Of a stretch of DNA of 64,000 bases, positions 41,762-52,651 are shown piece after piece. Numbering within the stretch: position 1 is the stretch's first letter; each line of letters begins with the position of its first letter. The notes under the pieces are model-generated. The model was not told where the DNA came from. It was given only the letters and a program-made list of their open reading frames with translations, and made no database searches. A program made the position numbers and the translations under genes. The stretch comes from Candidatus Latescibacterota bacterium (GTDB taxonomy: Bacteria > Latescibacterota > UBA2968 > UBA8231), in the NCBI GenBank assembly GCA_965203355.1, contig OZ241889.1, positions 2,272,001 to 2,336,000 of the forward strand, given 5' to 3'.

Positions 41762-42334
41762 GTGTCCAATTACTACGACTATGGGCCGTTGGTCTTGTTG
41801 CAGCGTCCGATTGCTCTCATTGGCTTCCTCGGCGTTGACCCACACGGCTTGGGCCGCGACTTGGCCGCCTTGAGCGGCTTACCGCTCATCGAAGTAGATC
41901 GCTGGATCGAACACGAGGCCGGGCAGTCTTTGGTGTCCCTCGTGCAGACGCAGGGCATAGAAGCGCTACGCCAATTAGAAGACCGCCTTCTCACCCGAGC
42001 ACTGGCCACTCGTCCACTTGGGATCATCGTCTTGGGCGATGGAGTGCTGATCAACGAGGCCAACCTCCAGCAGGTACGAGCCAAAGCGACGTTGGTATAT
42101 CTCAAATTGTCGCTGGCCAGCACCTATTGGCAGTTGCGCTGCCAAGCCCCAGGGACCCATCCGCTATTGCTGCAACCGCCCGAAAGTACGGCGGAACTCC
42201 GGCCGCTGTTGGCCGAGCGCCAAGGCGGCTTTGACCAAGCTCAGGTAACATTGGACCTGGACGAGATGACGCCGGCGGCGGCGCTGCGCCACTTGTTGGA
42301 TAAGCTGCCCGAGTGGGGGCCGGGCCGCCCTTAA
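41762..42334 (+). CDS. Shikimate kinase-like protein with degenerate P-loop
   Basis: IALIGFLG, D.WIEHEAGQS, G.EALRQLE, LGDG, VYL and ER...F match AroK layout, but GKS/T is absent. Confidence 0.65.
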   Translation: MSNYYDYGPLVLLQRPIALIGFLGVDPHGLGRDLAALSGLPLIEVDRWIEHEAGQSLVSLVQTQGIEALRQLEDRLLTRALATRPLGIIVLGDGVLINEANLQQVRAKATLVYLKLSLASTYWQLRCQAPGTHPLLLQPPESTAELRPLLAERQGGFDQAQVTLDLDEMTPAAALRHLLDKLPEWGPGRP

Positions 42335-42415
42335 TGTAGGATTGCCCTACCCGGTCTCTAGCGGTACTTTTTTAGCCGAACTCGCCTTTGTTTTTATCCT
42401 CTCAGGAGATTGCTC

Positions 42416-43897
42416 ATGTTAGACCCTCAGTACCTGCTCGGCGACGAAGAGATGCAGCAGTTCATAGCCGAGGGGTATCTCACGCTCAAATCCTCGCTGC
42501 CGGCCTCCCTCCACCAAGACATCTACCAACGCACCGAAGAGGTCTTTGCCAAGGAGGGCAATCCCGGCAACAACATTCTGCCCCGCCTCCCGGCATTGCA
42601 GCAGGTCTTTGACGATCCGGTCGTGCGCGGTGCTCTCACTTCGGTGGTGGGGCCGGATTATATCATGCACGCCCACCGCCACTGCCACCTGAATCGAGCG
42701 GATAGCGAGGGCGGTGGCTGGCACAAGGACAGCTATTGGGGCTATAACAAGGTGCGCTATCACCGCAATCGCTGGGTGATGATTTTCTACTACCCGCAAG
42801 ACGTCACCTTGGAAAACGGCCCCACCGCGGTCATGCCCGGTACGCACTACTACAACGGCCGCGCCGACAACGAGCAAGACGAGTGCCACCTGCCCGTTCT
42901 CGGCGCGGCGGGCACCTGCACCTTGGTGCATTTTGACCTGTGGCACCGGGCCATGCCCAACCGCTCGGCGACCAACCGCTATATGATGAAATTCCAGTTT
43001 ACCCGCCTCCGCGAGCCGAGCCGGCCCAGTTGGAACATCCAAGCCCCGGGCTGGCCAGCCAACGGGTCCGCGCCCTCTACCAAGCATCGCGTCGTGTGGT
43101 CGCGCATATGGGATTGGCACGCGGGCGGCCAAAGTCGCGCCGAGGTCAGCGGGCAAATTGAGCAACTGATCGGATCCCTCAACGGAACATTGGAACAACG
43201 CTTGGCAGCGACCGATGCCCTCAGTGCGTTTGGGGAAAAGGCCGTTCCGGCGCTAGAGGCGTTACTCGGTGCGCTGGGCGACGAAGCCGAGCCGGTGCGT
43301 CTCAATGCGGCGTATGCACTGGGTGCGGTGGGGAAGGCTGCCGTAGGCCCGTTGATTGCAGCCCTCGGCGATGAGCGCGAGCCGGTGCGTCTCAATGCGG
43401 CGTATGCGCTGGGTGCGGTGGGGGAAGAAGCGGTGGACGCCTTGGTTGCGGCCCTGGGCGATGAGCGGGCCCACGTGCGGGGTTTTGCGGCGTATGCGCT
43501 GGGCGACATGGGGGCGCGGGCAGGTGCTGTGGCTGCGGCCGCCTTGGGCGCGTTGCTCGACGACCCGGCCGCCTGGGTGCGGCGCAACGTGGCCGAGGCC
43601 CTTGGGACTATTGCACTGAATCCGGCCGCCTCGGTGCCGGCGTTGGCTGTGCTGCTGGCGGACGCGGACGAGCAGGTGCGCTTTAACGCCGCGTACGCGT
43701 TGGCCCACTTTGGTCCGGCGGCCGCCGCGGCCATAGATGCGTTGGCCGCGGCCCTCAGCGACGAGAATCGCTACGTCCAAGGGCACTGCACGGCCGCCTT
43801 GCAACAGATTGGTACGCCCGAAGCCCAAGGCGTATTGCTGCACCACTTGACCACGGCGCGCTGGTGTCCCATAACGACCAAGGAAACTACGTTCTGA
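42416..43897 (+). CDS. PhyH-family Fe(II)/2OG dioxygenase fused to HEAT (PBS-lyase) repeats
   Basis: WHKD, GPTAVMPGTH, LWHR facial-triad motifs; repeated VRLNAAYALG units; AGGAG RBS. Confidence 0.88.
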   Translation: MLDPQYLLGDEEMQQFIAEGYLTLKSSLPASLHQDIYQRTEEVFAKEGNPGNNILPRLPALQQVFDDPVVRGALTSVVGPDYIMHAHRHCHLNRADSEGGGWHKDSYWGYNKVRYHRNRWVMIFYYPQDVTLENGPTAVMPGTHYYNGRADNEQDECHLPVLGAAGTCTLVHFDLWHRAMPNRSATNRYMMKFQFTRLREPSRPSWNIQAPGWPANGSAPSTKHRVVWSRIWDWHAGGQSRAEVSGQIEQLIGSLNGTLEQRLAATDALSAFGEKAVPALEALLGALGDEAEPVRLNAAYALGAVGKAAVGPLIAALGDEREPVRLNAAYALGAVGEEAVDALVAALGDERAHVRGFAAYALGDMGARAGAVAAAALGALLDDPAAWVRRNVAEALGTIALNPAASVPALAVLLADADEQVRFNAAYALAHFGPAAAAAIDALAAALSDENRYVQGHCTAALQQIGTPEAQGVLLHHLTTARWCPITTKETTF

Positions 43898-45147
43898 GCG
43901 AATTGCGTGTGAGGGCTGGCGTTCATCAATACATCGAAAAGCACCAAGAGGCATTGCTCGGCTGTGCGCAGGCGCTGGTCCGCGTGGATACGGTCAATCC
44001 GCCGGGGCGGAATTACCGCGCGATGACCGACGCACTCTTGGCGCACTGTCAGGGCTTGGACTTAGAGGCCAAGGTCCACGGCGTCCCAGACCAAGAAGTG
44101 CGCCGGGTGCTCGGCTCGGACGAGTTTCCGCGCTACAACCTGATTGCCCGGTGGGACGCTGGCCGACCGCAGACGGTGCATTTCAATGCCCACTACGACG
44201 TGGTGCCCGGCGCCGGGCCGTGGAAATTCGGCGACCCATTCGAGCCAGGGCTGTCTGGCGATGCACTCTACGGCCGCGGCTCCGGGGACATGAAAGGGGC
44301 CATCGCCGCGTTGCTCATGGCCGTGGAGGCACTCCGGGAAACCGGGGCTGAGCCGGCTTTTAACATCGAGTGTTCGTTCACCGCCGACGAGGAGACCGGC
44401 GGCCAATTGGGCGCCGGGTGGATCGTAAAAGAGGGGCTGGTGAACGCCGATTTTGCCGTGGTTTGCGAGGGGGCGGCCGGGACGCAAGTCGGCTGCGGCC
44501 ACAACGGCGTACTCTGGTTGGATGTCGAACTGACGGGCAAGGCCGCCCACGCTGCTAGCCCTGAACAGGGGGTCAACGCCTTTGAAGCCATGGCGAGCGT
44601 AGTGCAGAAGTTGCAAACCTACAAACGGAAACTAAATGCGACCCAGCGCTGCTATGTGGATTTTGACGGTCGGTCGCGCCATCCCACGCTCAACATCGGC
44701 GGAACGTTCTCGGGCGGAGAAGGCGATAAGATCAACACCGTACCGGCCCGCGCCCGCTTTTCGCTGGACCGCCGCTTAGTGCCCGGCGAACAGCTCGCGG
44801 CTGTCGAGCGTGCGTTGCGACGCGCTATAGAGCAGGCCGCTGAGCCACCCTGCCGAGTGGTAGCACCTTTGCAAATCGAACCTTGCGTCGTCGAGGCCGG
44901 GCACGCGCTGCCCCAAGCCTTTGCCCAAGCCGTGCAGGCCGTGCGCCGCCGCACCGCTAGTTACCGACTCAGTTCTGGTTTTACAGACCTGCACTACTTT
45001 GCGGTGGACGGCGGCCTGCCTGGCATTGGCTATGGCGTAAAGGGCGAGCGCATTCACGGGGTGGATGAGCGGGTGCGGGTGCGCGACTTGGTGTTGACGG
45101 CGCGCACGTACGCCGAGTTCATGCTGCGCGGCTTGGAGGCCCATTGA
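43864..45147 (+). CDS. M20 (ArgE/DapE-family) metallo-deacylase
   Basis: NAHYDVVP, GRGSGDMKG, DEETGG, GKAAHA, IHGVDE. Start uncertain. Confidence 0.9.
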   Translation: MSHNDQGNYVLSELRVRAGVHQYIEKHQEALLGCAQALVRVDTVNPPGRNYRAMTDALLAHCQGLDLEAKVHGVPDQEVRRVLGSDEFPRYNLIARWDAGRPQTVHFNAHYDVVPGAGPWKFGDPFEPGLSGDALYGRGSGDMKGAIAALLMAVEALRETGAEPAFNIECSFTADEETGGQLGAGWIVKEGLVNADFAVVCEGAAGTQVGCGHNGVLWLDVELTGKAAHAASPEQGVNAFEAMASVVQKLQTYKRKLNATQRCYVDFDGRSRHPTLNIGGTFSGGEGDKINTVPARARFSLDRRLVPGEQLAAVERALRRAIEQAAEPPCRVVAPLQIEPCVVEAGHALPQAFAQAVQAVRRRTASYRLSSGFTDLHYFAVDGGLPGIGYGVKGERIHGVDERVRVRDLVLTARTYAEFMLRGLEAH

Positions 45148-45884
45148 GCGAAAACGTGCGACGCTTCTTGTGGATGGCGTACGACCGCTTGGGCGGTATG
45201 GTGGGCTACAATTTGCTGTGGAGCGCGTTGAGTCTGCCTTGGATAGCCGGGGCTTACATGCTGTTGCAAGTAGGGTTTGGGTTGGGTGGCCTGGGGCTGG
45301 TGGGCGCGGCCGTCTTAGCCAGTACCCTGCTGTGGAGCGCACCGGCCACGGCCCTGCTTTTCGCCGCTGGGGCGGCTTGGGCGCGGGGTGGGGACTTTGG
45401 GCTACGGGCGTTCTGGACGGCTGGCCGCACGCTTTTTTGGCGTGCGCTCGCGCTGGGGTTGCTGATGGTCGCTGCGGTCGCGCTGGTGCTGGCCAACGTG
45501 GTTTTTTATCAGCAGATCGGCGGCTGGCTGGGGGTGTTTTTGGGTGGGCTGATGGTCTGGTTTCTGCTGCTGCTGGGGCTGGTGGCGGTGTATGTTTTTC
45601 CAGTGCTAGTCACCCAAGAGGGGTCGGTGTGGTCCACGGTGCGCTACAGCTTTCTCTTGTCGGTCGATAATGTAAAACGCTCGCTGGTTTTTCTGCTGGC
45701 CTCAGGCTTGGCGCTGGGGATTGGCGTTGCTTCTGGATTGGGGTTGTTCTGCGGCGGTTTGGCGGCTTGGGCTTTGTGGATTAGCATTGGTTTTCGTGCG
45801 CTCTTGCCCAAGTACACGGGCCGGCCGCTGCCCCGCGAAGCCCCGCGCCGATTGCGCGAACTGATCCGTCCTTGGGAGGCTTGA
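45144..45884 (+). CDS. Integral membrane protein (DUF624/YesL-like)
   Basis: About six hydrophobic segments; overlaps the upstream stop. Confidence 0.6.
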   Translation: MSENVRRFLWMAYDRLGGMVGYNLLWSALSLPWIAGAYMLLQVGFGLGGLGLVGAAVLASTLLWSAPATALLFAAGAAWARGGDFGLRAFWTAGRTLFWRALALGLLMVAAVALVLANVVFYQQIGGWLGVFLGGLMVWFLLLLGLVAVYVFPVLVTQEGSVWSTVRYSFLLSVDNVKRSLVFLLASGLALGIGVASGLGLFCGGLAAWALWISIGFRALLPKYTGRPLPREAPRRLRELIRPWEA

Positions 45885-45887
45885 GCA

Positions 45888-47450
45888 TTGGATTTACCCA
45901 AACTGGTAACGGGCCGAGAAATGGCCGAGGTCGATCAGCGCACCATCGCTGAGGCGGGTATATCGAGCGTCGAACTCATTGAGCGGGCGGGTGCCGAAGT
46001 GGTTGCGGCTATTGCGGCGCGCTGGGACGGCTTGGCTGGTTTGCAGGCTGTAGTCCTGTGCGGCAAGGGCAACAACGGCGGCGACGGGTTTGCCGTGGCC
46101 CGGCTCTTGCGCGCTGGCGGTGGGTCGGTGCGCGTCTTTCTCGCGGCCGACCGCGCTGCCGTGCAGGGGGCGGCGGCCGAGCACTTGCGGCGTTGCGAAC
46201 GGGCGGGCGGAGCCGTTGAAGTGCTCGGCGAGGACCTGGCCCCGCTCGCCGCCGCCCTGCACACCGCCGACTTGGCGATAGACGCGCTTTTGGGCACCGG
46301 GTTGCGCGGGGCACCTCGTCCGGCTATGGCGCGCGTTATCGAGTGCATGGCCCATTGCGAACGGCCGGTAGTGGCCGTGGATATTCCCTCGGGGGTCGAG
46401 GCCGACACTGGGCAGGTACACGGCGCGGCCGTGCAAGCGGTGCTGACCGTGACCTTCGGTTTGGTCAAAGTCGGACAGCTATTCTACCCCGGCCGGTCCC
46501 ATTGCGGTGCGCTGCATCTGGCCAACATCGGCTTCCCCGAGTCCATTCTGCGCACGGCGACGGCCCAAGCTCTGTTGCTTTCCGCCGAGGGGTTGGAGCC
46601 GCTCGTACCGCGCCGCCGTGGCGATGAGCACAAGGGAAGTTGCGGGACGGTGGCCGTGGTTGCGGGTTCGGTGGGGATGACTGGGGCGGCCGCGCTGACG
46701 GCGGATGCCGCGCTCAGGAGCGGAGCCGGTCGCGTCCATTTAGGAGTGCCTGCGAGTCTCAACGACGTGCTCGAAGTCAAGCTCTCGGAGGTGATGACCC
46801 GTCCGTTGCCCGAAGTGCGCAAGCGACGCTGTTTGTCGCTGCGGGCCTTGGGCGAGGTGCGCGCTATGTTGACGCGGGCCGATGTCTTGGCTTTGGGGCC
46901 GGGTTTGGGGCGCTATCGAGAGACCGAGGAGTTGGTGCGGCGGCTGGTGTTGCAAACCGAGTTGCCCCTCGTTTTGGATGCGGACGGGCTTAGTGCATTC
47001 GCCGGTCGAGCCGAGATGCTAAAGGGCCGTGCGGCCCCACTGGTTCTCACGCCCCACGTGGGCGAGTTCGCCCGCTTGAGCGGATTGGACAAGCAGCGGA
47101 TTGCCGCTGCGCCGCTGGCGGTGGCTGGCGACTTTGCTGGCGACTTTGGCGCGACGCTCGTGTTGAAGGGCGCGCCGACTGTCGTGGCGTTGCGCGATGG
47201 GCGGGTGGCGGTCAACTCCACGGGTAATGCGGGCATGGCCACGGCTGGGTCGGGCGACGTGCTGACCGGAATCATCGCCGGGCTGATGGCCCAAGGGCTA
47301 GCCCCGGAAGCGGCGGCTTGCCTTGGGGTCTATGTCCACGGTCGGGCTGGGGATCGGGCGGCTGAGCGGCTGGGGGAATGGGGGACGCGGGCAGGCGATA
47401 TAGCCGACGAAATCGCCTTGGCCCTGGTGGATGCGGCGCGGTCTGCTTGA
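45888..47450 (+). CDS. nnr: Bifunctional NAD(P)H-hydrate epimerase/dehydratase
   Basis: GKGNNGGDG, DALLGTG, DIPSG, HKG...AGS, GPGLG, LDADGL, TPH.GE, GSGDVLTG. Confidence 0.95.
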   Translation: MDLPKLVTGREMAEVDQRTIAEAGISSVELIERAGAEVVAAIAARWDGLAGLQAVVLCGKGNNGGDGFAVARLLRAGGGSVRVFLAADRAAVQGAAAEHLRRCERAGGAVEVLGEDLAPLAAALHTADLAIDALLGTGLRGAPRPAMARVIECMAHCERPVVAVDIPSGVEADTGQVHGAAVQAVLTVTFGLVKVGQLFYPGRSHCGALHLANIGFPESILRTATAQALLLSAEGLEPLVPRRRGDEHKGSCGTVAVVAGSVGMTGAAALTADAALRSGAGRVHLGVPASLNDVLEVKLSEVMTRPLPEVRKRRCLSLRALGEVRAMLTRADVLALGPGLGRYRETEELVRRLVLQTELPLVLDADGLSAFAGRAEMLKGRAAPLVLTPHVGEFARLSGLDKQRIAAAPLAVAGDFAGDFGATLVLKGAPTVVALRDGRVAVNSTGNAGMATAGSGDVLTGIIAGLMAQGLAPEAAACLGVYVHGRAGDRAAERLGEWGTRAGDIADEIALALVDAARSA

Positions 47451-47544
47451 CATGTTTGAAGCGATGCTTTAATCTGAAAATGGACGCGGTGCCGGTGTGG
47501 GTGCTGCTTGGTTTTTGCCCATTTTAATGTACAGAGTTTGCGCT

Positions 47545-48039
47545 ATGGCCGACGTCAAAGACGCCATTGAAGAAATGATCGAAGAGTCCTACTTGCTGGG
47601 GCTTTCGGAAGAGGAAATTCTCGCCGATTTTAGTCGCTTTATCGACACCTGTTATACCGTTATTCAGGACAATGTGAAAAGCCGCGAAGCGCTCAGCCGC
47701 TTGGCCGAGAATTTGGCGCGTGAGAAGACCAGCACTCGCCTCGCCGACCAATCGGCTGAGCTGGGCAAGGTCGCGGCCAGGGATGCCCAGCGGGCCTGCG
47801 CTGAAAAAGCGGCACGCCGCAAGCGCATGGTCCTAAAGGCCATTGCCGACTACGATCCCAAGCTAGTCCGCCTCATCAACAAGCAGCGCTTTCAGGTAGA
47901 TTTCCAAGAAGAAGTGGTGCGTTCCAGGTTCAAGGTCAGTCAGAGCCACGATTGGGAGCGCTACGGTCAACTCTTGTTCAAGGTTGGCTATACCACTGTG
48001 ATCGCGCTCTTTTTGCTCCTCATATACTTAAGGCTTTAA
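47545..48039 (+). CDS. Hypothetical helical protein with C-terminal TM anchor
   Basis: Open frame with plausible codon usage; hydrophobic tail VGYTTVIALFLLLIYL. Confidence 0.6.
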   Translation: MADVKDAIEEMIEESYLLGLSEEEILADFSRFIDTCYTVIQDNVKSREALSRLAENLAREKTSTRLADQSAELGKVAARDAQRACAEKAARRKRMVLKAIADYDPKLVRLINKQRFQVDFQEEVVRSRFKVSQSHDWERYGQLLFKVGYTTVIALFLLLIYLRL

Positions 48040-48152
48040 CCGCTTGCGTCTGGCCGACAGGGATGGGTTTTAGCCGACTGGTTTTGTACTGTGCAGGCCC
48101 AGTGTAAATCTGTAGCCTAAACTTGCCTTTATCGAGGTCCTTCAAATTCGCA

Positions 48153-48743
48153 ATGACTACGGATTTACTGCCCGATTTCATCCGCGAGTACTACGAAATC
48201 CACGAGTGGAAACACGCCTGCGCGATACTGAACGAAGACTTCCCCGAAGAGTGGAACGACATCATTTCGGTCTTGCAGGAGTTTCGTCTAAGAAAAAGCT
48301 GGATAGTGAAACCCGGTGGCGGGAAATCTGCGATTTCGTCTTTTATTGATAATTACCTATATGAAAGAGACTGGGAAGAAAAGGAATTCTCGACGAGGGT
48401 CGTAGTGGACGAAGATATCCGCGACACACCAACGCACAAAATAGACTGTTTCCGCAATCGAGTTGCTCTCGAAATAGAATGGAATAACAAGGACCCATTC
48501 TACGACCGGGACTTGAACAACTTCAGACTGCTTTTTGATCTTCGGGCGATCAGCGTTGGCGTCATCATAACCCGGTGCGATGGACTTCAAGACCTCTTCA
48601 ATGCCCTCAACAAAGGGCTGTCTTACGGGGCATCAACAACGCACATGAGCAAGTTACTTCCGCGAATCGAAGGAGGCGGAGGGGGTGGCTGTCCCATCTT
48701 GGCGTTTGGTATCTCGAAAAAGCTGTATGTAGAGGATGAGTAA
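48153..48743 (+). CDS. BglII/BstYI-like restriction endonuclease
   Basis: THKIDC...VALEIEWNNKDPFYDRDL PD-(D/E)xK-like core; abuts the MT-A70 gene. Confidence 0.85.
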   Translation: MTTDLLPDFIREYYEIHEWKHACAILNEDFPEEWNDIISVLQEFRLRKSWIVKPGGGKSAISSFIDNYLYERDWEEKEFSTRVVVDEDIRDTPTHKIDCFRNRVALEIEWNNKDPFYDRDLNNFRLLFDLRAISVGVIITRCDGLQDLFNALNKGLSYGASTTHMSKLLPRIEGGGGGGCPILAFGISKKLYVEDE

Positions 48744-49391
48744 ATGACCGCAGCGACCGATTTGCTCGACGCGGTCGGCGGGCAGAGGTTTTCGACCATT
48801 CTCGCCGATCCGCCGTGGCAGTTCCACAATAGAACCGGCAAGATGGCACCGGAACACCGGCGTTTGTCTCGATATGCGACGATGGCCTTGCAGGACATTG
48901 AGAGCTTGCCTGTCGAATCAATTGCGACGGAAACCGCGCATCTATACTTGTGGATACCCAATGCGCTGTTGGCCCACGGACTGCAAGTGATGGATAGCTG
49001 GGGATTCAACTACAAGACGAACATCATCTGGTACAAGGTGAGAAAGGATGGCGGGCCGGACCGGCGTGGCGTGGGATTCTACTTTCGCAATGTGACGGAA
49101 ATTATCCTATTCGGCATCCGAGGCCAGAACGCCAGAACGCTACAGCCCGGGCGTAGCCAAGAAAACATCATCGTCTCGCAAAAGCGAGAACACAGCAGGA
49201 AGCCAGACGAGCAGTACGAGTTGATCGAGGCATGCAGTCCGGGTCCCTTCATTGAGTTGTTTGCACGGGGGCCGCGAAAAGGCTGGTTCGGATGGGGTGA
49301 TCAGGCCGACGAGTACGATCCGGGCTGGGCTACGTACTCGAACCACTCGCAGACCGCTGCCGCACCCACTGCGCAGCTTCCCCTGCTTTGA
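48744..49391 (+). CDS. MT-A70-family (METTL3/Ime4-like) adenine methyltransferase
   Basis: ILADPPW, LYLW, WGF.YKT...W.K, HSRKP, IELFAR, WGDQ. Confidence 0.92.
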   Translation: MTAATDLLDAVGGQRFSTILADPPWQFHNRTGKMAPEHRRLSRYATMALQDIESLPVESIATETAHLYLWIPNALLAHGLQVMDSWGFNYKTNIIWYKVRKDGGPDRRGVGFYFRNVTEIILFGIRGQNARTLQPGRSQENIIVSQKREHSRKPDEQYELIEACSPGPFIELFARGPRKGWFGWGDQADEYDPGWATYSNHSQTAAAPTAQLPLL

Positions 49392-49422
49392 TCCGACCAC
49401 ATTTCGCATTCGCTAAAACCCC

Positions 49423-52400
49423 ATGCCTAAACGCACAGACCTTCAAAAAATAATGCTCATCGGCTCTGGCCCGATCGTCATTGGCCAGGCCTGCGAGTTT
49501 GATTATTCGGGTACGCAAGCCTGTAAGGCACTGGCCGAAGAAGGCTACGAAATCGTCTTGGTCAATAGCAATCCGGCCACGATTATGACCGATCCCGAAG
49601 TGGCCCACCGCACGTATATCGAGCCGATCACGCCGGAGATTTGCACGCGGATCATCGCCGAGGAAAAGCCACAGGCCCTTCTGCCAACGCTCGGCGGCCA
49701 AACCGCGCTCAACGCGGCCGTGGCGTTGGCCGAAAGCGGCGTCCTCGCCGAGCACAACGTCGAGATGATTGGCGCATCGCTCGACGCGATCAAGATGGCC
49801 GAAGACCGCGCGCTCTTCAAAGCGGCCATGGACCGGGCCGGGCTGGCCATGCCGCGCGGAGCTTTCGTCCACAGCCTCGAAGAAGCGCAAAAGCACCAAG
49901 CCGAGTTGGGCTACCCGACGATCATCCGCCCTGCTTTTACGCTGGGCGGCTCTGGCGGCGGCGTGGCGCACGACGCCGAGGAATTTGCGCGGATCGTGCG
50001 TCATGGCCTCGACCTAAGCCCGATCGACGAGGTGCTGATCGAGGAGTCAGTACTCGGTTGGAAAGAGTTTGAGCTGGAGGTCATGCGCGATCACCGCGAC
50101 AACGTGGTCATCATTTGCTCGATAGAAAACTTCGACCCCATGGGCGTCCACACCGGCGACAGCATCACGGTCGCGCCGGCCCAGACCTTGTCCGACAAAG
50201 AATATCAGGACCTGCGCGACGCCGCCATCCGCATCATGCGCGAGATCGGCGTAGATACCGGCGGGTCCAATATCCAGTTTGCGGTCAATCCCACCGACGG
50301 CCGCATGGTCGTAATCGAGATGAACCCCCGGGTCTCGCGCTCCTCGGCACTGGCGTCCAAAGCCACGGGCTTTCCCATTGCCAAGATCGCCGCCAAACTG
50401 GCCGTGGGCTACAGTCTGGACGAAATCCCCAACGACATTACCCGCGAGACCCCGGCCTCCTTTGAGCCGACCATCGACTACGTGGTGACCAAGATTCCGC
50501 GCTTTACCTTTGAGAAATTTCCCAGTACGCCAGATGCGCTCGATACCCAGATGCGCTCGGTCGGCGAGACCATGGCCATTGGCCGGACCTTTAAGGAATC
50601 GCTGCAAAAGGGCCTGCGCTCGCTAGAAGTGGGCCGCGCGGGTTTTGGGGCCGACGGCAAGGATTTCAGCGCGGCCAAGGTGGCCGACGAGGAACTGCGC
50701 GAAAAATTGCTGCGTCCCAACTCTCAGCGCATGTTCTACCTCAAGCTGGCCATCGCCAAAGGCTATACCCACGATGAACTCTATGGTCTGACGGGCATTG
50801 ACCCGTGGTTCCTCGATCAGCTCTACCAGCTTGCTGAACTCGAACAACAGCTCATGCGGGAAGATGTGCTCGCCGATGGTGCCTTGTTGCGCCGCGCCAA
50901 GGAATGGGGATTTAGCGACCGCCAGCTAGCGCATCTCAAGGGCTGCGACGAGATCGACGTCCGTCGGCGGCGCCGCGAGTTGGATATTCGCCCGGTGTAC
51001 AAAACAGTTGATACCTGCGCCGCTGAGTTCGAGGCCCACACGCCGTACCACTACTCGACGTACGACCGCGAAGACGAAGTGCAGTGCTCGACGCGCAAGA
51101 AAATCGCCATCCTCGGTGGCGGGCCGAACCGCATCGGCCAAGGGATCGAGTTTGATTACTGCTGCGTCCACGCGTGCTTCGCGCTGCGCGAGATCGGCTA
51201 TGAGACCATTATGGTCAACTCCAATCCCGAAACGGTCAGCACGGATTACGACACGGCTGACAAGCTCTACTTTGAGCCGCTGACGAGCGAAGACGTGTTA
51301 CACATCGTCGAGCGCGAAGCACCAGACGGCGTCATCGTGCAATTCGGCGGGCAGACTCCGCTGAACTTGGCCGTCGAATTAGAACGCGAGGGCGTGCCCA
51401 TCATTGGCACCTCGCCCCGCAGCATTGACCTGGCCGAGGATCGCCAGCGCTTCGGTCAGTTGTTGAACGAACTGGGCATCCGCCAGCCGGCCAATGGCAT
51501 GGCCGCTAGTTGTGCAGAGGCCTGCGCGATTGCCGCGCAGATTGGCTTTCCGGTTTTGGTGCGGCCCTCGTACGTGCTGGGCGGACGAGCCATGGTCATC
51601 GCCTACGATGTCGGGAGCCTCGAAACCTACATGAACGAAGCCATTGAGGTTTCGCCGGCGCGCCCTGTGCTCATCGATCGCTACCTGCAAGGCGCGGAGG
51701 AATTCGACGTGGATGCCGTGGCCGACGGGACGGACGTGGTCGTCGGCGGGATCATGCAGCACATTGAACACGCTGGCGTGCATTCGGGCGACAGTGCCTG
51801 CGCCTTGCCGCCCTACGACACGCCGGCCAAGCACATCGAAACCATGCGCGAACACACCCACGCGCTGGCGCGTGCCCTTGACGTGGTTGGCCTGATGAAC
51901 GTGCAATACGCCGTCTATCAAGGCGAAGTCTATGCGATTGAGGTAAATCCCCGGGCGTCGCGCACCGTGCCGTTTGTCAGCAAGGCCATTGGCCGTCCGC
52001 TGGCCAAGATCGCCGCGCTGGCCATGGTGGGGGTGAGCTTGCGCGAGCAGGGTTTCACCGCCGAGGTCGCGCATCGGCACATAGCGGTCAAGGAGGCCGT
52101 GTTGCCCTTTATAAAATTCCCTGGGGCCGATAGCCTGCTGGGGCCGGAGATGAAGTCCACGGGCGAAGTTATGGGCATTGGCCGCGATTTTGGCACGGCC
52201 TTCCTCAAGGCGCAAATGGGGGCGGGGTCGCTGCTGCCGTCGTGCGGCCGGGTCTTTATCAGCGTGGCCGACTGCGATAAAGAGGATGTCTTGCCGATTG
52301 CGCGTCGGTTGTGTGCGGCCGGCTTTGAGCTGGTGGCTACGCAGGGCACGCGCGACTTCCTCGGCAAGCACGGCATCGCGGCGGAGCGGGTACGCAAAAT

Positions 52401-52641
52401 CCACGAAGGCAGTCCACACATCGAAGATGCGATTCGCAGCCGCCAGATCGATCTGATCATCAATACTCCGCTCGACGAACCTTCTTACTACGACGATTTT
52501 GCGGTGCGTCGAGCCGCGGTCGTAACCGGCGTGCCCTATACGACGACGATGGCTGGGGCGCGGGCCGCGGCCGCGGGCATCGAAGCGCTGCAACGCGCCG
52601 AATTGGGCGTGCAAGCTCTACAGGATTACCATCGGAGCTAG
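49423..52641 (+). CDS. carB: Carbamoyl-phosphate synthase large subunit
   Basis: [23 protein letters not shown], two ATP-grasp domains, C-terminal MGS domain. Confidence 0.99.
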   Translation: MPKRTDLQKIMLIGSGPIVIGQACEFDYSGTQACKALAEEGYEIVLVNSNPATIMTDPEVAHRTYIEPITPEICTRIIAEEKPQALLPTLGGQTALNAAVALAESGVLAEHNVEMIGASLDAIKMAEDRALFKAAMDRAGLAMPRGAFVHSLEEAQKHQAELGYPTIIRPAFTLGGSGGGVAHDAEEFARIVRHGLDLSPIDEVLIEESVLGWKEFELEVMRDHRDNVVIICSIENFDPMGVHTGDSITVAPAQTLSDKEYQDLRDAAIRIMREIGVDTGGSNIQFAVNPTDGRMVVIEMNPRVSRSSALASKATGFPIAKIAAKLAVGYSLDEIPNDITRETPASFEPTIDYVVTKIPRFTFEKFPSTPDALDTQMRSVGETMAIGRTFKESLQKGLRSLEVGRAGFGADGKDFSAAKVADEELREKLLRPNSQRMFYLKLAIAKGYTHDELYGLTGIDPWFLDQLYQLAELEQQLMREDVLADGALLRRAKEWGFSDRQLAHLKGCDEIDVRRRRRELDIRPVYKTVDTCAAEFEAHTPYHYSTYDREDEVQCSTRKKIAILGGGPNRIGQGIEFDYCCVHACFALREIGYETIMVNSNPETVSTDYDTADKLYFEPLTSEDVLHIVEREAPDGVIVQFGGQTPLNLAVELEREGVPIIGTSPRSIDLAEDRQRFGQLLNELGIRQPANGMAASCAEACAIAAQIGFPVLVRPSYVLGGRAMVIAYDVGSLETYMNEAIEVSPARPVLIDRYLQGAEEFDVDAVADGTDVVVGGIMQHIEHAGVHSGDSACALPPYDTPAKHIETMREHTHALARALDVVGLMNVQYAVYQGEVYAIEVNPRASRTVPFVSKAIGRPLAKIAALAMVGVSLREQGFTAEVAHRHIAVKEAVLPFIKFPGADSLLGPEMKSTGEVMGIGRDFGTAFLKAQMGAGSLLPSCGRVFISVADCDKEDVLPIARRLCAAGFELVATQGTRDFLGKHGIAAERVRKIHEGSPHIEDAIRSRQIDLIINTPLDEPSYYDDFAVRRAAVVTGVPYTTTMAGARAAAAGIEALQRAELGVQALQDYHRS

Positions 52642-52651
52642 GAGACAGCCC

